A DNA stretch of 62,186 nucleotides from Candidatus Acidiferrum sp. (GCA_035541055.1 DATKNZ010000504.1:1-62186), one strand, 5' to 3'; shown: positions 1-9,466, counted from the stretch's first letter. Numbers and translations: made by a program. Notes: a model not told the origin generated them from the letters alone.

Positions 1-173
1 TTCTCTAAATCGATCCAGGGTATCTGCATGGTGTGGCGCATCCTGGCAACGAACTGCAGTTCCTCGGGACTGGCAGCTTCCTCGGCAACCTTCAGGGTGT
101 AAATTATCAAACTGCCGAACGCGGAAGTGCTCATGTCGTGCTTCAGTGACTTGTAGACGAGGTAATAGCCCAT
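1..173 (-). CDS. Integron cassette gene, hypothetical (3'-truncated by window edge)
   Basis: ATG 10 nt downstream of the attC R' box; frame MGYYLVYKSLKHDMSTSAFGSLIIYTLKV... stays open to the window edge. Confidence 0.6.
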   Translation of the reverse strand, partial: MGYYLVYKSLKHDMSTSAFGSLIIYTLKVAEEAASPEELQFVARMRHTMQIPWIDLE

Positions 174-182
174 ATAGGTGAA

Positions 183-275
183 TGCTAACGCGGCTGCTCA
201 GTGGTGCGCCGCCCGAGACGCAACGAACGCGAACAGGCGAGTATCGGCGCGTCCACTGGAGCAGCATAGTTATGG
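183..275 (-). other. attC site (integron cassette recombination site)
   Basis: Minus strand: R'' CCATAAC, L'' TGCTCCAG ... L' CTGAGCA, R' GTTAGCA. Arms pair with the typical extrahelical bases (extra C in L'', extra A in TGGACGCGCCG vs CGGCGCACCA). 93 bp, directly after a stop codon. Confidence 0.85.
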
Positions 276-282
276 AAGCCGT

Positions 283-699
283 TCACAATTGCTGCCCGGT
301 GGTCCCGCTGTCTTTGGCCGTGGCAGGCCGAGCATTCGTTGCCGCCAGCATTTGCAACCTCGCTTTCAACTCCGCGAGCTTTTCAGCTAGGTGACTCTGC
401 CTTTCAAGCTTCAGGCAGACCTCCGCGATGTCACGCTGCGCTTCGCGCATTTTCATGCGCTGGCGTAAATCGCCTTCTAACCTTAGAACAGCTACATTTG
501 AACCCATTCCACAGCTCTGGGCCGTCCGCTGGACAGCACTGAGCAGGTGAGATGACTGCTCGACCGCCCTCCGAGCAACTCGCGCCTCCGTTTCGAGTTG
601 TTCGAAGGATTGGGACTGCTCCGACCCTCCATGCCGTACTCGCGACAGGTAACTACCCAGGATGACGAGCGCAAGCACGATCAGCCAGAGCATAAGCAT
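283..699 (-). CDS. Integron cassette gene: membrane-anchored coiled-coil hypothetical protein
   Basis: Part of ORF 283..762; the start probably lies after the GTTATGC crossover (ATG at 726, 699 or 693). N-terminal TM segment LMLWLIVLALVILGSYL. Confidence 0.65.
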   Translation of the reverse strand: MLMLWLIVLALVILGSYLSRVRHGGSEQSQSFEQLETEARVARRAVEQSSHLLSAVQRTAQSCGMGSNVAVLRLEGDLRQRMKMREAQRDIAEVCLKLERQSHLAEKLAELKARLQMLAATNARPATAKDSGTTGQQL

Positions 700-722
700 C
701 GGAAGGCGAGGTAGTCTAAAGT

Positions 723-830
723 GCATAACCTTGACTATACAGTCCACTGGTTCGTATATCACGGACCCCCGCCGGACGCTCCAAGACCTTCATAGCGCGT
801 AGTTTATCCGCCCTGCCGCGAAACTGTCAA
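723..830 (-). promoter_or_regulatory. Pc-like promoter + attI-like site (copy A)
   Basis: TTGACA(830-825)-18 nt-TAAACT(806-801), then TATGAAGGTC, GGGGGTCCG, TATACGAACCAGTGGACTGTATA and GTTATGC(729-723). Homologous to 13147-13252. Confidence 0.7.
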
Positions 831-861
831 CCCCCAAAAGTTAACGTGAACGGAAAGGTAC

Positions 862-880
862 AACGAACCACTGGTTCGTT
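862..880. repeat. Perfect inverted repeat AACGAACCA-C-TGGTTCGTT, related to the pseudo-palindrome in the attI-like module
   Basis: Read directly; CCACTGGTTCGTWTATCACGGA also occurs at 744-765. Confidence 0.7.
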
Positions 881-1101
881 TATCACGGATGCAAATCCGA
901 CACGCAAGCCGCTTAGTCCGAGAGGCTTGCGCGCCTCGCCACCTCTCGATCAACACCGTGAAATCCTATGGCCTATCGGCGATTGGCTATTGGCTATTTC
1001 CCCTCCGTGCCCTTCGTTTCCTTCTGTGTGTCTTCTGTCCCTTTTCCGGGCCGGCCTGCGCTCTCAACCCTCAACCTCCCCTTGCAGACGTCTGCACGCT
1101 C

Positions 1102-1458
1102 TCAACTCTCAACCCTCAACTTCTTCTTCGAGGGGCATTGTTCCGCCGGCAGCGGGCATTGCGGCGGCGGCTGCCCCTGCTGGCACCAGTGGCACAGCTT
1201 CCCCAGCTCCCGCTGATACTGCACCTCCTGCACCCGCAGCTCCGCCTGCTCGCGTTGCAGCGTCGCCTGCGCCACCCGGCTCTTTTCAATCCGGTTCGCC
1301 ACAATGCTCCAGAACATCGCCGCCGAAACCCCGCACCCCAGCACCAGGCCCGTCAGCCGCAGGATCAGCGACAGCCGCTCCTCGAAACTCAGCGCCACCG
1401 CGCCCGGCCCGGCAATCACGCCGATGACCGCCTTCACCATCTCATTCGTCCGCTCCAT
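1102..1458 (-). CDS. Holin-like small membrane protein
   Basis: Two hydrophobic segments, coiled-coil and basic C-terminus; last gene of the virion operon. Confidence 0.45.
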   Translation of the reverse strand: MERTNEMVKAVIGVIAGPGAVALSFEERLSLILRLTGLVLGCGVSAAMFWSIVANRIEKSRVAQATLQREQAELRVQEVQYQRELGKLCHWCQQGQPPPQCPLPAEQCPSKKKLRVES

Positions 1459-1466
1459 GCGTCTCC

Positions 1467-2306
1467 TTATTGGTACCCGGTGTAAACCGTGTAAGTGTGA
1501 ATGCCATATCTCAACCCAAGCTGGTACTCCGCCCATTGGAGGTCGTTCGTGTTCATGGTCCCGCTATACACCAATAACTCACAGAGCCCTCCAGCCATGG
1601 ACGTGTTGGCGCCTAACGCAGCGCCGCAGCCGATAGTCATCCCTCCGATCGACGTGGCGCCCGCCGTTGTGCCGACACCGCACAAGAGGCCATTGGTGCG
1701 GATGAAGGAGGCGGTCCCATTGGCGCAGAAGCTTAGGATCTGCGGCGTATTCAGCGCAAACCCTCCCGGTGGCGAGTAATACGTTCCCCCGGAATAGAGC
1801 CTCAAGGAGCAGGGCGCACCCGCCAGTATTTCGCCATAGACGCGGTTGGCGGGAGTAATCGTGAGCGTGTCATACACCAGGTTGTTGGCGGCGCCTGTGC
1901 CGTTGGTATTCAGGTTGCCGACCATCACGACCGTGATCGGCGTGCTCAGGTTGCTCAGGAACATATTGGTCATGCCTCGCGTAACCCCATCCGCCCTCCA
2001 GTACATGGCCGCGTTGGTCGTAATGAAGTTGTTGGTCCAGTACACCGAAGTCAGTGTCGAAACATTGCTGAGCACTCCGCCGAGATTGCCGGACGCATCG
2101 GCGATCCAGTTCACGCTGGCTCCACTCGCCATGTTCGTTTTGCCCGTCCAGTACCATGCGTAGGCGTTGGTCGGGGACCAATACGGCGCAGTGGGTGCCA
2201 CATACTGGCTCCCCATGAGGGCCGGGTCAGCCATCGTCCAGGCCTGCCCCACGCAACCCAGCGCGGACGCCATCAGAGCCGCGATTATTGCTGAAGCACG
2301 TTGCAT
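1467..2306 (-). CDS. Secreted LamG/concanavalin-like beta-sandwich protein (virion-associated?)
   Basis: Signal-like N-terminus MQRASAIIAALMASALGC; LamG-like C-terminus GGLCELLVYSGTMNTNDLQWAEYQL. Confidence 0.55.
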   Translation of the reverse strand: MQRASAIIAALMASALGCVGQAWTMADPALMGSQYVAPTAPYWSPTNAYAWYWTGKTNMASGASVNWIADASGNLGGVLSNVSTLTSVYWTNNFITTNAAMYWRADGVTRGMTNMFLSNLSTPITVVMVGNLNTNGTGAANNLVYDTLTITPANRVYGEILAGAPCSLRLYSGGTYYSPPGGFALNTPQILSFCANGTASFIRTNGLLCGVGTTAGATSIGGMTIGCGAALGANTSMAGGLCELLVYSGTMNTNDLQWAEYQLGLRYGIHTYTVYTGYQ

Positions 2307-4234
2307 ACGTTTGTCCTCGCATTGGGCCAGACCCAAAAGCTGATGACCGCCTCCTTGCCCGCCGGGATCGAGAGCGTGCTGGCGGACGCCTGGCCAAAGT
2401 AGAATGCCGTTGGCGGGCCAGTCCAATTGATAGCCATGGCGCTTGCGTTACTGACCGTCACCGAGATGACGTGCTGCCTCCCGGACACCAAGCCGCTAAA
2501 TCCGCTCACCGCGAAGGACTGGTTTGTCACAAAGCTCTGGTACAGGGTCGTGGAATCAATCACCTGTCCGTTGTTTGCGTTGGTAACGTGCATGCCGCTG
2601 TTCAGCACGTTGGTCTGTAGCAAACCCCATCCAGGAAGATTGTCGCTCAGCGCCGAAGACGGCACCGAGCCTGCCGTCAGGTTGGCCCCGTTCAGCGCGC
2701 TGGCGCTCGTCAGTGGGGTGAAGTTCAGCGCCCCTATCCCCACGCTCCCCGCCGTCAGGTTGCCCCCATTCAGCGCACTCGAGCCAGTCAGCGGCGTGAA
2801 ATTGAGTGCCGTCATTGGCACTGTGCCCACCGTCAGGTTGGCCCCGTTCAGCAGACTTGAGCCGGTCAGCGGCGCGACCGCCAGCGCCGTCAGCGGCACG
2901 CTCCCGGCCGTCAGGTTCGCCCCATTCAGCGCGCTGGCGCTCGTCAGGCCGCTTGCCGCAGTCAACGGCGTGAAATTGAGTGCCGTTATTGGCACCGTGC
3001 CCGCCTGGAGGTATCCCCCATACAGTGCATCGCCGGGGTGCATCACGCCCGTAATTCCACCCCCATACCCCACGATGCTGCCATCGCCCATAAACCCCGC
3101 CACCAGCGTCCCATCGTCATAGACCGCCAGGGGCATCCCGCTGCTGGCGTCACCCAACCGCAGATCAAGCACCGTGCCCGGAAAGCCGTTATTCGTCAGC
3201 ATCAGGCTCCCCCACAGAGTCCCCCCCGCCGCCGTCACCCTGCCCGCCGCCATCAGGTTGCCCGAAGGGTCCAGCGTGAGTGCGGGGCTGTTCGGGGTGT
3301 TCGCCCAATTCACCTGAATAGCATAGATGTCGTTGATTCCCGGGTGAATGGTCAGCGTATTCGTCCACGGCGCACTCTCCACCGAGCTCGTGATCGTCAT
3401 GTTCCCAACCGCCGGGGCATCCCCGGGATGCAGCACCCCATTCAATTGCGAGCCATCCCCCGTATAGCCTTGCGCGTCGACCCAATCGCTGAACTCGAAC
3501 GTCGGCCCGAAATCCTCGCTGGCGCTGTATTGGATCGAACCATTCCACCTGTCTCCATCCGCATTGGTATAGATCATGAACAAATAGACAGGCGAGCCGT
3601 TGCCCGACTCCAAGGACATGTACGGCGCGAAGTTGGGAATCCAGGGCGCGCCGGTGATCTCCGTGTACGGAATCGCATCCCCGGGATGCAGGACATAGCT
3701 CAAGTCCAGGCCCGAGCCTACAAAATTACCCGCCTGCACCTCGGCCGATCCGAAGCTGAAGCCCGCCGGGTTGATCGTCTGCTGCCAGGTATGCAGCGTC
3801 CCGCCCGGGTCGTGGTAATTCCAGTTCAGGATCGGAAAGCCCGCCGTGGTATAGCTGCCCGTCTGCAGTGTGAGACTGGGTGACCCATTCGTCCACCCGC
3901 CGCCCCCGCCGCCGCCCGAGGGCCACGTCGTCTGCGTCACGCCGCCCAGCGTGAGGCCTCCCGGTGGCGCGAAGGGTACCGTGCTATAGGCGTTCAACCC
4001 GTTCAGGAGCGTGTCCGCGTTCCCGTTCTGCTGCATGAACGCCGGCGTCACAATATCCGCCGGGTGCTTGCCCAACACGGTCTGCCCCAGCGCCGGCAGG
4101 GCGAGCGTTCCCGCCAGCCCCACCAGGAGGGCGAGCGTCCTCGCGAGCCCAACCATGCGGCCTTTTCTTTTGGCCCCCGTGCAGACGTCTGCAAGCAGCG
4201 GCACCGTGAATCCCAGGAGGAAGTTGCGTTTCAT
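2285..4234 (-). CDS. Fibre/adhesin-like protein with ~26-aa repeats
   Basis: Tandem LNGANLTAGSVPxTALNFTPLTxxSA repeats and VLHPGDA repeats; G/T/N-rich; signal-like N-terminus. Confidence 0.65.
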   Translation of the reverse strand: MKRNFLLGFTVPLLADVCTGAKRKGRMVGLARTLALLVGLAGTLALPALGQTVLGKHPADIVTPAFMQQNGNADTLLNGLNAYSTVPFAPPGGLTLGGVTQTTWPSGGGGGGGWTNGSPSLTLQTGSYTTAGFPILNWNYHDPGGTLHTWQQTINPAGFSFGSAEVQAGNFVGSGLDLSYVLHPGDAIPYTEITGAPWIPNFAPYMSLESGNGSPVYLFMIYTNADGDRWNGSIQYSASEDFGPTFEFSDWVDAQGYTGDGSQLNGVLHPGDAPAVGNMTITSSVESAPWTNTLTIHPGINDIYAIQVNWANTPNSPALTLDPSGNLMAAGRVTAAGGTLWGSLMLTNNGFPGTVLDLRLGDASSGMPLAVYDDGTLVAGFMGDGSIVGYGGGITGVMHPGDALYGGYLQAGTVPITALNFTPLTAASGLTSASALNGANLTAGSVPLTALAVAPLTGSSLLNGANLTVGTVPMTALNFTPLTGSSALNGGNLTAGSVGIGALNFTPLTSASALNGANLTAGSVPSSALSDNLPGWGLLQTNVLNSGMHVTNANNGQVIDSTTLYQSFVTNQSFAVSGFSGLVSGRQHVISVTVSNASAMAINWTGPPTAFYFGQASASTLSIPAGKEAVISFWVWPNARTNVCNVLQQ

Positions 4235-4237
4235 AGT

Positions 4238-4389
4238 TGGCTATTGGCTATCGGCTATTGGCTATGGGTTGAGGTTGGCTATCGGCTATCGGCTATTGGC
4301 TATGGGTTGAGGTCGGCTGTTGGCTATTGGCTATTGGCTATTGGCTATGGATTGACGGCAGCGGCGCGTTTCATTGGATGTTGGATGTT
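4238..4389 (+). repeat. Heptamer repeat cluster (GGCTATT/C, then GGATGTT)
   Basis: More than 10 GGCTATY units between two fibre-like genes. Confidence 0.9.
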
Positions 4390-4395
4390 TCCATC

Positions 4396-6468
4396 CTAGC
4401 TGCTCGCGATCAGCCCGTGCCCCGTCCCGGCCCGCAGCGCCGCCAGCAGCAGGTTGAGCTGCGCAATGGCCCCGTGCACCTGGCCGAGGAAATTCGTCAT
4501 ATCGGCGGACGAGGCAAACCCGTAGCCGCTCGCCGTGGGCGTGTAACTCCCCAGGTCCGCCGCGTTCGTGATGGCCGCCTGTTGCGCCCCGACCACCTGC
4601 TGCCCCTGCACCGTCAGCGCGGCCCCGTTGCCGGTCACAAAGCCGCCCTGGGCCGTGAGGGCCTCGCTTCCGCCGTCCACGGACACCATCACCGACCCGT
4701 TGTAGAGCCATTCCAGTTGGCCCGTCGTGCCGTTCACCCGGATGCCCCAGGCCGGTCCCGCGGCCGAATCGAGCTGGATGGCCGGGTCCAGCCCCGCCGC
4801 GAGTTCCAGCGTCGAGTCCACCACCCCGCCCGAGAAGGCGCTGATCGCGTCCAGCTTCGCCTTGTCGCTCGCGCTCATCGCCCCGGCGGCCGTCCCCGTC
4901 GCCAGCGGTAGGGTCAGCGCCCCATCGCTCAGGGCCAGCGGGCAGCCGGAGTCCAGGCTCAGCCCCAGCGCCCCGCTGGTCACCGTCAGCGGCGCGTTCA
5001 CCGAAGTCACCAGCCCCAGGCCGGAAGTGTCCAGCCCCAGCAGGTTGTTGCTGTCCAGCGTCAGCGGCGGCGCCACGTTCGAGATCACGCACATCGCATC
5101 CAGCTTCGCCTTGTCCGTTGGCGCCATGAAACCCCATTGCGCTTGCGTAACTTGCGGTGTGCTCCCGTCTTGCAAAGCGGCCAGCGCCGTCCCCTGCTGC
5201 TCCAGCGTGGCCACCAGTGCCGCCGTCATGTAGCCGTCCTGCGTGTCCGTCGCCGGCGGCATCGAGACGTTCCCGTCCGCGTCCTGATTCAGCGGCGGCA
5301 GGAACGCGAGCGTCGTCAGCTCGTCCAGCTTGATCTTGTCCGCCGCGCTCATGGAACCCGGTTGCGCGTGAGTTGCCGGCCACAGGCTCACCACTCCGCT
5401 CGCCAGTTGTAGCGGGGGCTGAAAGAGCAGCTCGGGCGTCCCCACCAGCATGTCCAACGCCGCTTTGTCCGCCGCCGCCATAAACCCCGGCGTGCTCTCC
5501 GTCGCCACCGAGTGCCCGTGATCGCCCGCCGCGCATTGCCAGGCGCTCGTCCCCAACACCGCGTATAGCCCGCTAGACGACACGCCCAGCGGGGCCTGGC
5601 CCGGTCCCGTCGAAGGGTCGAGCCGCACGCTTGGAGTCAGCGTCCCGTCCGCGTTCGTCCAGCCGATCGTGCTCGAGCTGGCCAGCCACGTGGCCGCCCA
5701 GTCGCTTACCCCCGTGCCGAAGTCGAGCGAGGCCACCGTATGCGTGTGGTTGCCCGGGGCCGCTTGCGTCGCCGACGTGCCGAAATCCACCGCCAGCCCC
5801 GAGGTCGTCAGCAGCAGTCCCCCGTTCGCTTCGATCAGCACTTCCCCCGAAAGCTGTTGGTCCACCAGCGCCAGTTGCAGGCTGGAGCTGGGGCCGAGAG
5901 TCAGCGGGTTATGCAGTTGCGCGTGGGTATGGTCGCCCGTCGCCGCCTGTGTCGAGCCCGTGCCGAAGTCCACCGCCAGCCCCGCCGCACTCACTACCAG
6001 CCCGCCATCAGACTGCACCCGTACTTCGCCCATGATCCCGCTCGCCGGCAGCCATTGCAGCGTGTCGCTGTCGGCCAGCTCGATCATCAGGAGGTTGCCC
6101 AGCGCCGTGCTCAGGTCCACCACATCGGCAGACACGTGCGTATGCCCCGGCATCGAAACCCGGCCCGGGTCCACCGCCAGCCCGTCCGGCGCGCGCATCA
6201 GCCCGCCCGAGGTCGAGAGCTGCACCAGCACCCCGCTGATCCCCTGCCAGTCCAGGTCCCCGCCCAGTGTCGCCAGCCAGTTGCCAATGCTCTCCAGCAC
6301 TGCGGCGGCGAAATCCGTCACGTCGCCCGACTCATGCGTATGGCTCAGGGCTGCCTTGCCCGCCAGCGCCGCCGTCATCTCTTGCAGCCGCGTCAGGTCG
6401 GTCGGGTTGGCCGCCGCCTGCGTGGCGGAAATGCCCCCGTTTACGGTAGTCGTATTGAGCTTGGCCAT
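4396..6468 (-). CDS. Phage tail/head fibre-like protein
   Basis: Repeated xHTH motifs, repeated G(F/S/A)MxxxDKxxLD motifs and PLTVTSGALGL-type beta repeats. Confidence 0.75.
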   Translation of the reverse strand: MAKLNTTTVNGGISATQAAANPTDLTRLQEMTAALAGKAALSHTHESGDVTDFAAAVLESIGNWLATLGGDLDWQGISGVLVQLSTSGGLMRAPDGLAVDPGRVSMPGHTHVSADVVDLSTALGNLLMIELADSDTLQWLPASGIMGEVRVQSDGGLVVSAAGLAVDFGTGSTQAATGDHTHAQLHNPLTLGPSSSLQLALVDQQLSGEVLIEANGGLLLTTSGLAVDFGTSATQAAPGNHTHTVASLDFGTGVSDWAATWLASSSTIGWTNADGTLTPSVRLDPSTGPGQAPLGVSSSGLYAVLGTSAWQCAAGDHGHSVATESTPGFMAAADKAALDMLVGTPELLFQPPLQLASGVVSLWPATHAQPGSMSAADKIKLDELTTLAFLPPLNQDADGNVSMPPATDTQDGYMTAALVATLEQQGTALAALQDGSTPQVTQAQWGFMAPTDKAKLDAMCVISNVAPPLTLDSNNLLGLDTSGLGLVTSVNAPLTVTSGALGLSLDSGCPLALSDGALTLPLATGTAAGAMSASDKAKLDAISAFSGGVVDSTLELAAGLDPAIQLDSAAGPAWGIRVNGTTGQLEWLYNGSVMVSVDGGSEALTAQGGFVTGNGAALTVQGQQVVGAQQAAITNAADLGSYTPTASGYGFASSADMTNFLGQVHGAIAQLNLLLAALRAGTGHGLIASS

Positions 6469-6544
6469 AGGCTATCGGCAATTGGCTATTGGCTATTGGC
6501 TTGCCTTCGTTTCCTTCGTTTCCTTCTGTGAAAATCTGTGAAAA

Positions 6545-7990
6545 TCACAGGCTGGCTTCCGCTTTCGGATCAGGCTTCCCCACCGGCCGCCCCGCCTTCT
6601 CCCGCAAGCCGTCCTGGCCTTGTCGGCCTGGCTGGCTGTTGTGGTTCGGATCGAATCGCGGCAGCAGCTCCTCATCCCGCTTGGGCGAAGCCTCCTCCCG
6701 CTTGCGCTCCGCCTCCTGTGCCGGGTCGAAGTCGGCCACTTCCAGCGCCGAGGTCAGGCTCACCGGCCCCTGTTGCATCAGCGCCTTGGTCATGTCCCAG
6801 GCCAGCCGCACATCGTTGAAACACCGCTCACCCCACTTCACCCGCACCTTGCACGGCAGTTGGAAGCCGCCCGCGTTGAGCACTACCTCCAGGTGCGCCC
6901 CCACCCGGGCGCGGTCGGCCAGCGCGTCCGCCCGCAGGATCGGCAGCAGGAACGGCTGGAGCTGCTTCGTGATGACCATGTAGCCGATGGGTCCGGCCCA
7001 CCACAGGCACCGGCTCACGATGGTGTCCCACTTGCGCGCATCGTAATGGTTCGGGTCAATCCAGATCGTTTCGATCTTGTGATCGAACTGCTTGGTCATT
7101 TCCGCGAAGCCCTGCCTCCCCTTGAAGAACTCCTCAATCCCCTTGGCCCGTTCCTTCTTCCACAGGTACTCGGCCTGCTTCATCGCGTTGCTCGCGCTCC
7201 GCACCTCGAACCCCAGCGAGTGCGCCCGCACCACCAGCCGTCCCGCGTAGGCCAGTTGCGACTCGCCCACCTCCATGCTCTCGCACTGGCTCAGCGTCCG
7301 GTAAATCCGGTACAGCCGGGGCGTGCCGAATCCCGTCCCGCGCCGCCCTCGCGTCAGCACCCGGAAATATTCGTCAAACTCCTCGGAAAGCAGCACCTCC
7401 CGCCGCGTGTAGCGTTGGATCTCCTCCAGCGTCCAGCCGTCTATTGGCTGGCCGTTCTCGTCGAGGAACATCGCCTTGCGGTAGCCCAGGTCCACCTTCA
7501 GCTTCTCCAGCCCCATCGCGTCCGTGTAGCGGCAGGACTCCGGTTGCAGCAGGAACGGCGTCACCTTCTTCTCCTTCCGCCAAAAGCTCACCACGTTGTC
7601 CAGCAGCAGCCATTCCTCCCACACCGACACAACGTAGCGGTAGAGTCCCTCGCGCCGGTCATCGTCCGCGTCGAGCCACTCGGCCAGCTTGTCCTTGGCG
7701 CCCTTGTCGTGGGGCACCAGCCGGAAACCGTAATGGTAGAACGCCAGCTTCAGCTTGTTCACCTGCTCCACCAGCCAGCTCTGCTTGTCCCATTCCCGCG
7801 CCAGCTTGAACGCGGCCTGCAGGTCCACTGGGTGTTCCCGGTCGAAGATCTCCTCCGGCGACAACGTCGCCAGGTTTTGGGCCCCCGTCTCAATGTCCAG
7901 GCTGCACTTCGCCAGCGCCATGTTCTGCTCGGCAAAACGGTGACCGCGCCGGGTTGGCCCCGGCTGCTTTCTCGTTAGGCGTTTGGTCAT
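6545..7990 (-). CDS. Portal-like protein
   Basis: About 480 aa downstream of the terminase; portal-type features (WEEWLLLDNVVSF, GFGTPRL, disordered charged C-terminus). Confidence 0.6.
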   Translation of the reverse strand: MTKRLTRKQPGPTRRGHRFAEQNMALAKCSLDIETGAQNLATLSPEEIFDREHPVDLQAAFKLAREWDKQSWLVEQVNKLKLAFYHYGFRLVPHDKGAKDKLAEWLDADDDRREGLYRYVVSVWEEWLLLDNVVSFWRKEKKVTPFLLQPESCRYTDAMGLEKLKVDLGYRKAMFLDENGQPIDGWTLEEIQRYTRREVLLSEEFDEYFRVLTRGRRGTGFGTPRLYRIYRTLSQCESMEVGESQLAYAGRLVVRAHSLGFEVRSASNAMKQAEYLWKKERAKGIEEFFKGRQGFAEMTKQFDHKIETIWIDPNHYDARKWDTIVSRCLWWAGPIGYMVITKQLQPFLLPILRADALADRARVGAHLEVVLNAGGFQLPCKVRVKWGERCFNDVRLAWDMTKALMQQGPVSLTSALEVADFDPAQEAERKREEASPKRDEELLPRFDPNHNSQPGRQGQDGLREKAGRPVGKPDPKAEASL

Positions 7991-8016
7991 AAAAAAAAGG
8001 ACGCCCTCAGGCGTCC
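7991..8016 (-). terminator. Intrinsic terminator immediately upstream of the portal ATG
   Basis: Minus strand GGACGCC-TGAG-GGCGTCC-T8 followed directly by ATG. Confidence 0.6.
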
Positions 8017-8212
8017 ATCTACTTCCATCACTCATCTTTCGGCGCCGCCGTCAACATCGGAATGCAGATTCTTCAACGCGCAATCACTTGTGCAGGCGTC
8101 TGCACGTTCGACCGCGCCTCGGCTATCGGCTCTTAGCTAGCGGCTATCGGCTATTGGCTATCGGCTATCCCCCCTCAACCCTTCTTCGTTTCCTTCATTT
8201 CCTTCTGTGAAC

Positions 8213-8551
8213 TCAGTGCCGTGCAGGCGTCCGCAGGTCCTTCCGTTGGATGTTGGATGTTACACCCAATCTCACGTTGTGCCGCTGCCTCCCAAACCGC
8301 CGCGCCTCCTCGTGCGTCGCCACAAACACATCAAACCGGTCATCGTAGATGCGGGCCAGCCGGTCGGTCACCACCCGCTCCCCTATCCCTTCGATATACA
8401 CATGCGTCCCCAGCGGTATCCACCGCGGCCCGGCCACCGTCAGCCCCGCCACGGGCTGGTGCCCGTTGGCGGCTGCCCGGTGCGCCTCGCCGCAACACCG
8501 CGCGCAATGGCAGTAAGCGGTGATCGTCGCCGCCGTCAGGAGCCAGCTCAT
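8213..8551 (-). CDS. 3D (Asp-Asp-Asp) domain peptidoglycan lytic enzyme
   Basis: TAYC...VAGPRWIPLGTHVYIEGIG.RVVTDR...FDVF...EARRFGRQ matches the 3D-domain pattern. Confidence 0.8.
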   Translation of the reverse strand: MSWLLTAATITAYCHCARCCGEAHRAAANGHQPVAGLTVAGPRWIPLGTHVYIEGIGERVVTDRLARIYDDRFDVFVATHEEARRFGRQRHNVRLGVTSNIQRKDLRTPARH

Positions 8552-8572
8552 GTCTTCTTCATTCGGTGTGAG

Positions 8573-9433
8573 TCAGTTCCTCCTGCCCCGGCGTGTGTCC
8601 CATCCGCTAAACCCCACCGCGTCCTCGGGCGCGAGCTGCGACCGCCAGGTCCCGCTCTGCAGCCAGAACAGGAACGCCGCGTAGCAATACATCGCCGCCG
8701 ATACAAAGTCCTTTTTGCTCAGGGACGAGAACTGCCGCGCATTCCGTTTGGTAAACGCCCAGGTGCCATCCGGCTTCGTCGCCACGATGATCTTGGTGAG
8801 CTGGCTGGCCAGCGCGTCGAGGTTCTTGAGCGCCCACATCCGTTCTTCCGGCCAGCGTTCCACCTCAGCCCGCTTTTCGACCATCCAGTCGGCCACGCCC
8901 GGGGGCAGCGCCCACAGCCCGTGCTCGATGGCGTTCTTGGCCGTCGAATATAGCGCGTCGTTCAGGTTGTCGTCGCCCGCCAGCTCGGGCCACATGCTCT
9001 CCACTCCCGGGTCGCCGCGCTTGAACATGTGCAGGATGAAATCCGCCCGCGCCACCAGCGTCGGCCCGTCCACCAGGTCGGCAATGGGTGTTGCGTGCGT
9101 CTCGATCCCCTCCAGCAGTTGCTTCGTCGCGATCAGCTCGCGCTTGATCAGCACCCCGCCCCCATTCGGGTCCATGCAGATCCGCGCAAACCGGAACGCC
9201 CGGTGCAGCCCGTGGATGATCCCCGACCATTGCCGCGCCGTCGCCTTCTGCCGCCACGTCAGCCGCCGCCCGTAGATGAAATCGAAGTACCAGTCCTCGG
9301 CGGCCTCGGGCATCCCCTCCGCCGTGCGCGGCGTCGCCACACCGACCACCAGCGCCCCGTCATCGCTCTTGTGCGACTCCGAAGGCGCCGGGTCCACCCC
9401 GAGGAAAAACGCAATCCGCTCCCGATCTAACAT
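8573..9433 (-). CDS. Terminase large subunit, C-terminal RNase H-like nuclease domain (separate ORF)
   Basis: FFLGVDPA, SDDGALVV, ICMDPNGGG and KKDFVSA motifs. Confidence 0.75.
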   Translation of the reverse strand: MLDRERIAFFLGVDPAPSESHKSDDGALVVGVATPRTAEGMPEAAEDWYFDFIYGRRLTWRQKATARQWSGIIHGLHRAFRFARICMDPNGGGVLIKRELIATKQLLEGIETHATPIADLVDGPTLVARADFILHMFKRGDPGVESMWPELAGDDNLNDALYSTAKNAIEHGLWALPPGVADWMVEKRAEVERWPEERMWALKNLDALASQLTKIIVATKPDGTWAFTKRNARQFSSLSKKDFVSAAMYCYAAFLFWLQSGTWRSQLAPEDAVGFSGWDTRRGRRN

Positions 9434-9466
9434 CTTGGCTATTGGCTATCGGCTATCGGCTATTGG

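Noticed and set aside
4238..4389. CRISPR array in the repeat clusters
   Set aside because: These are short tandem heptamers without constant-length repeats and unique spacers; no cas genes are present.
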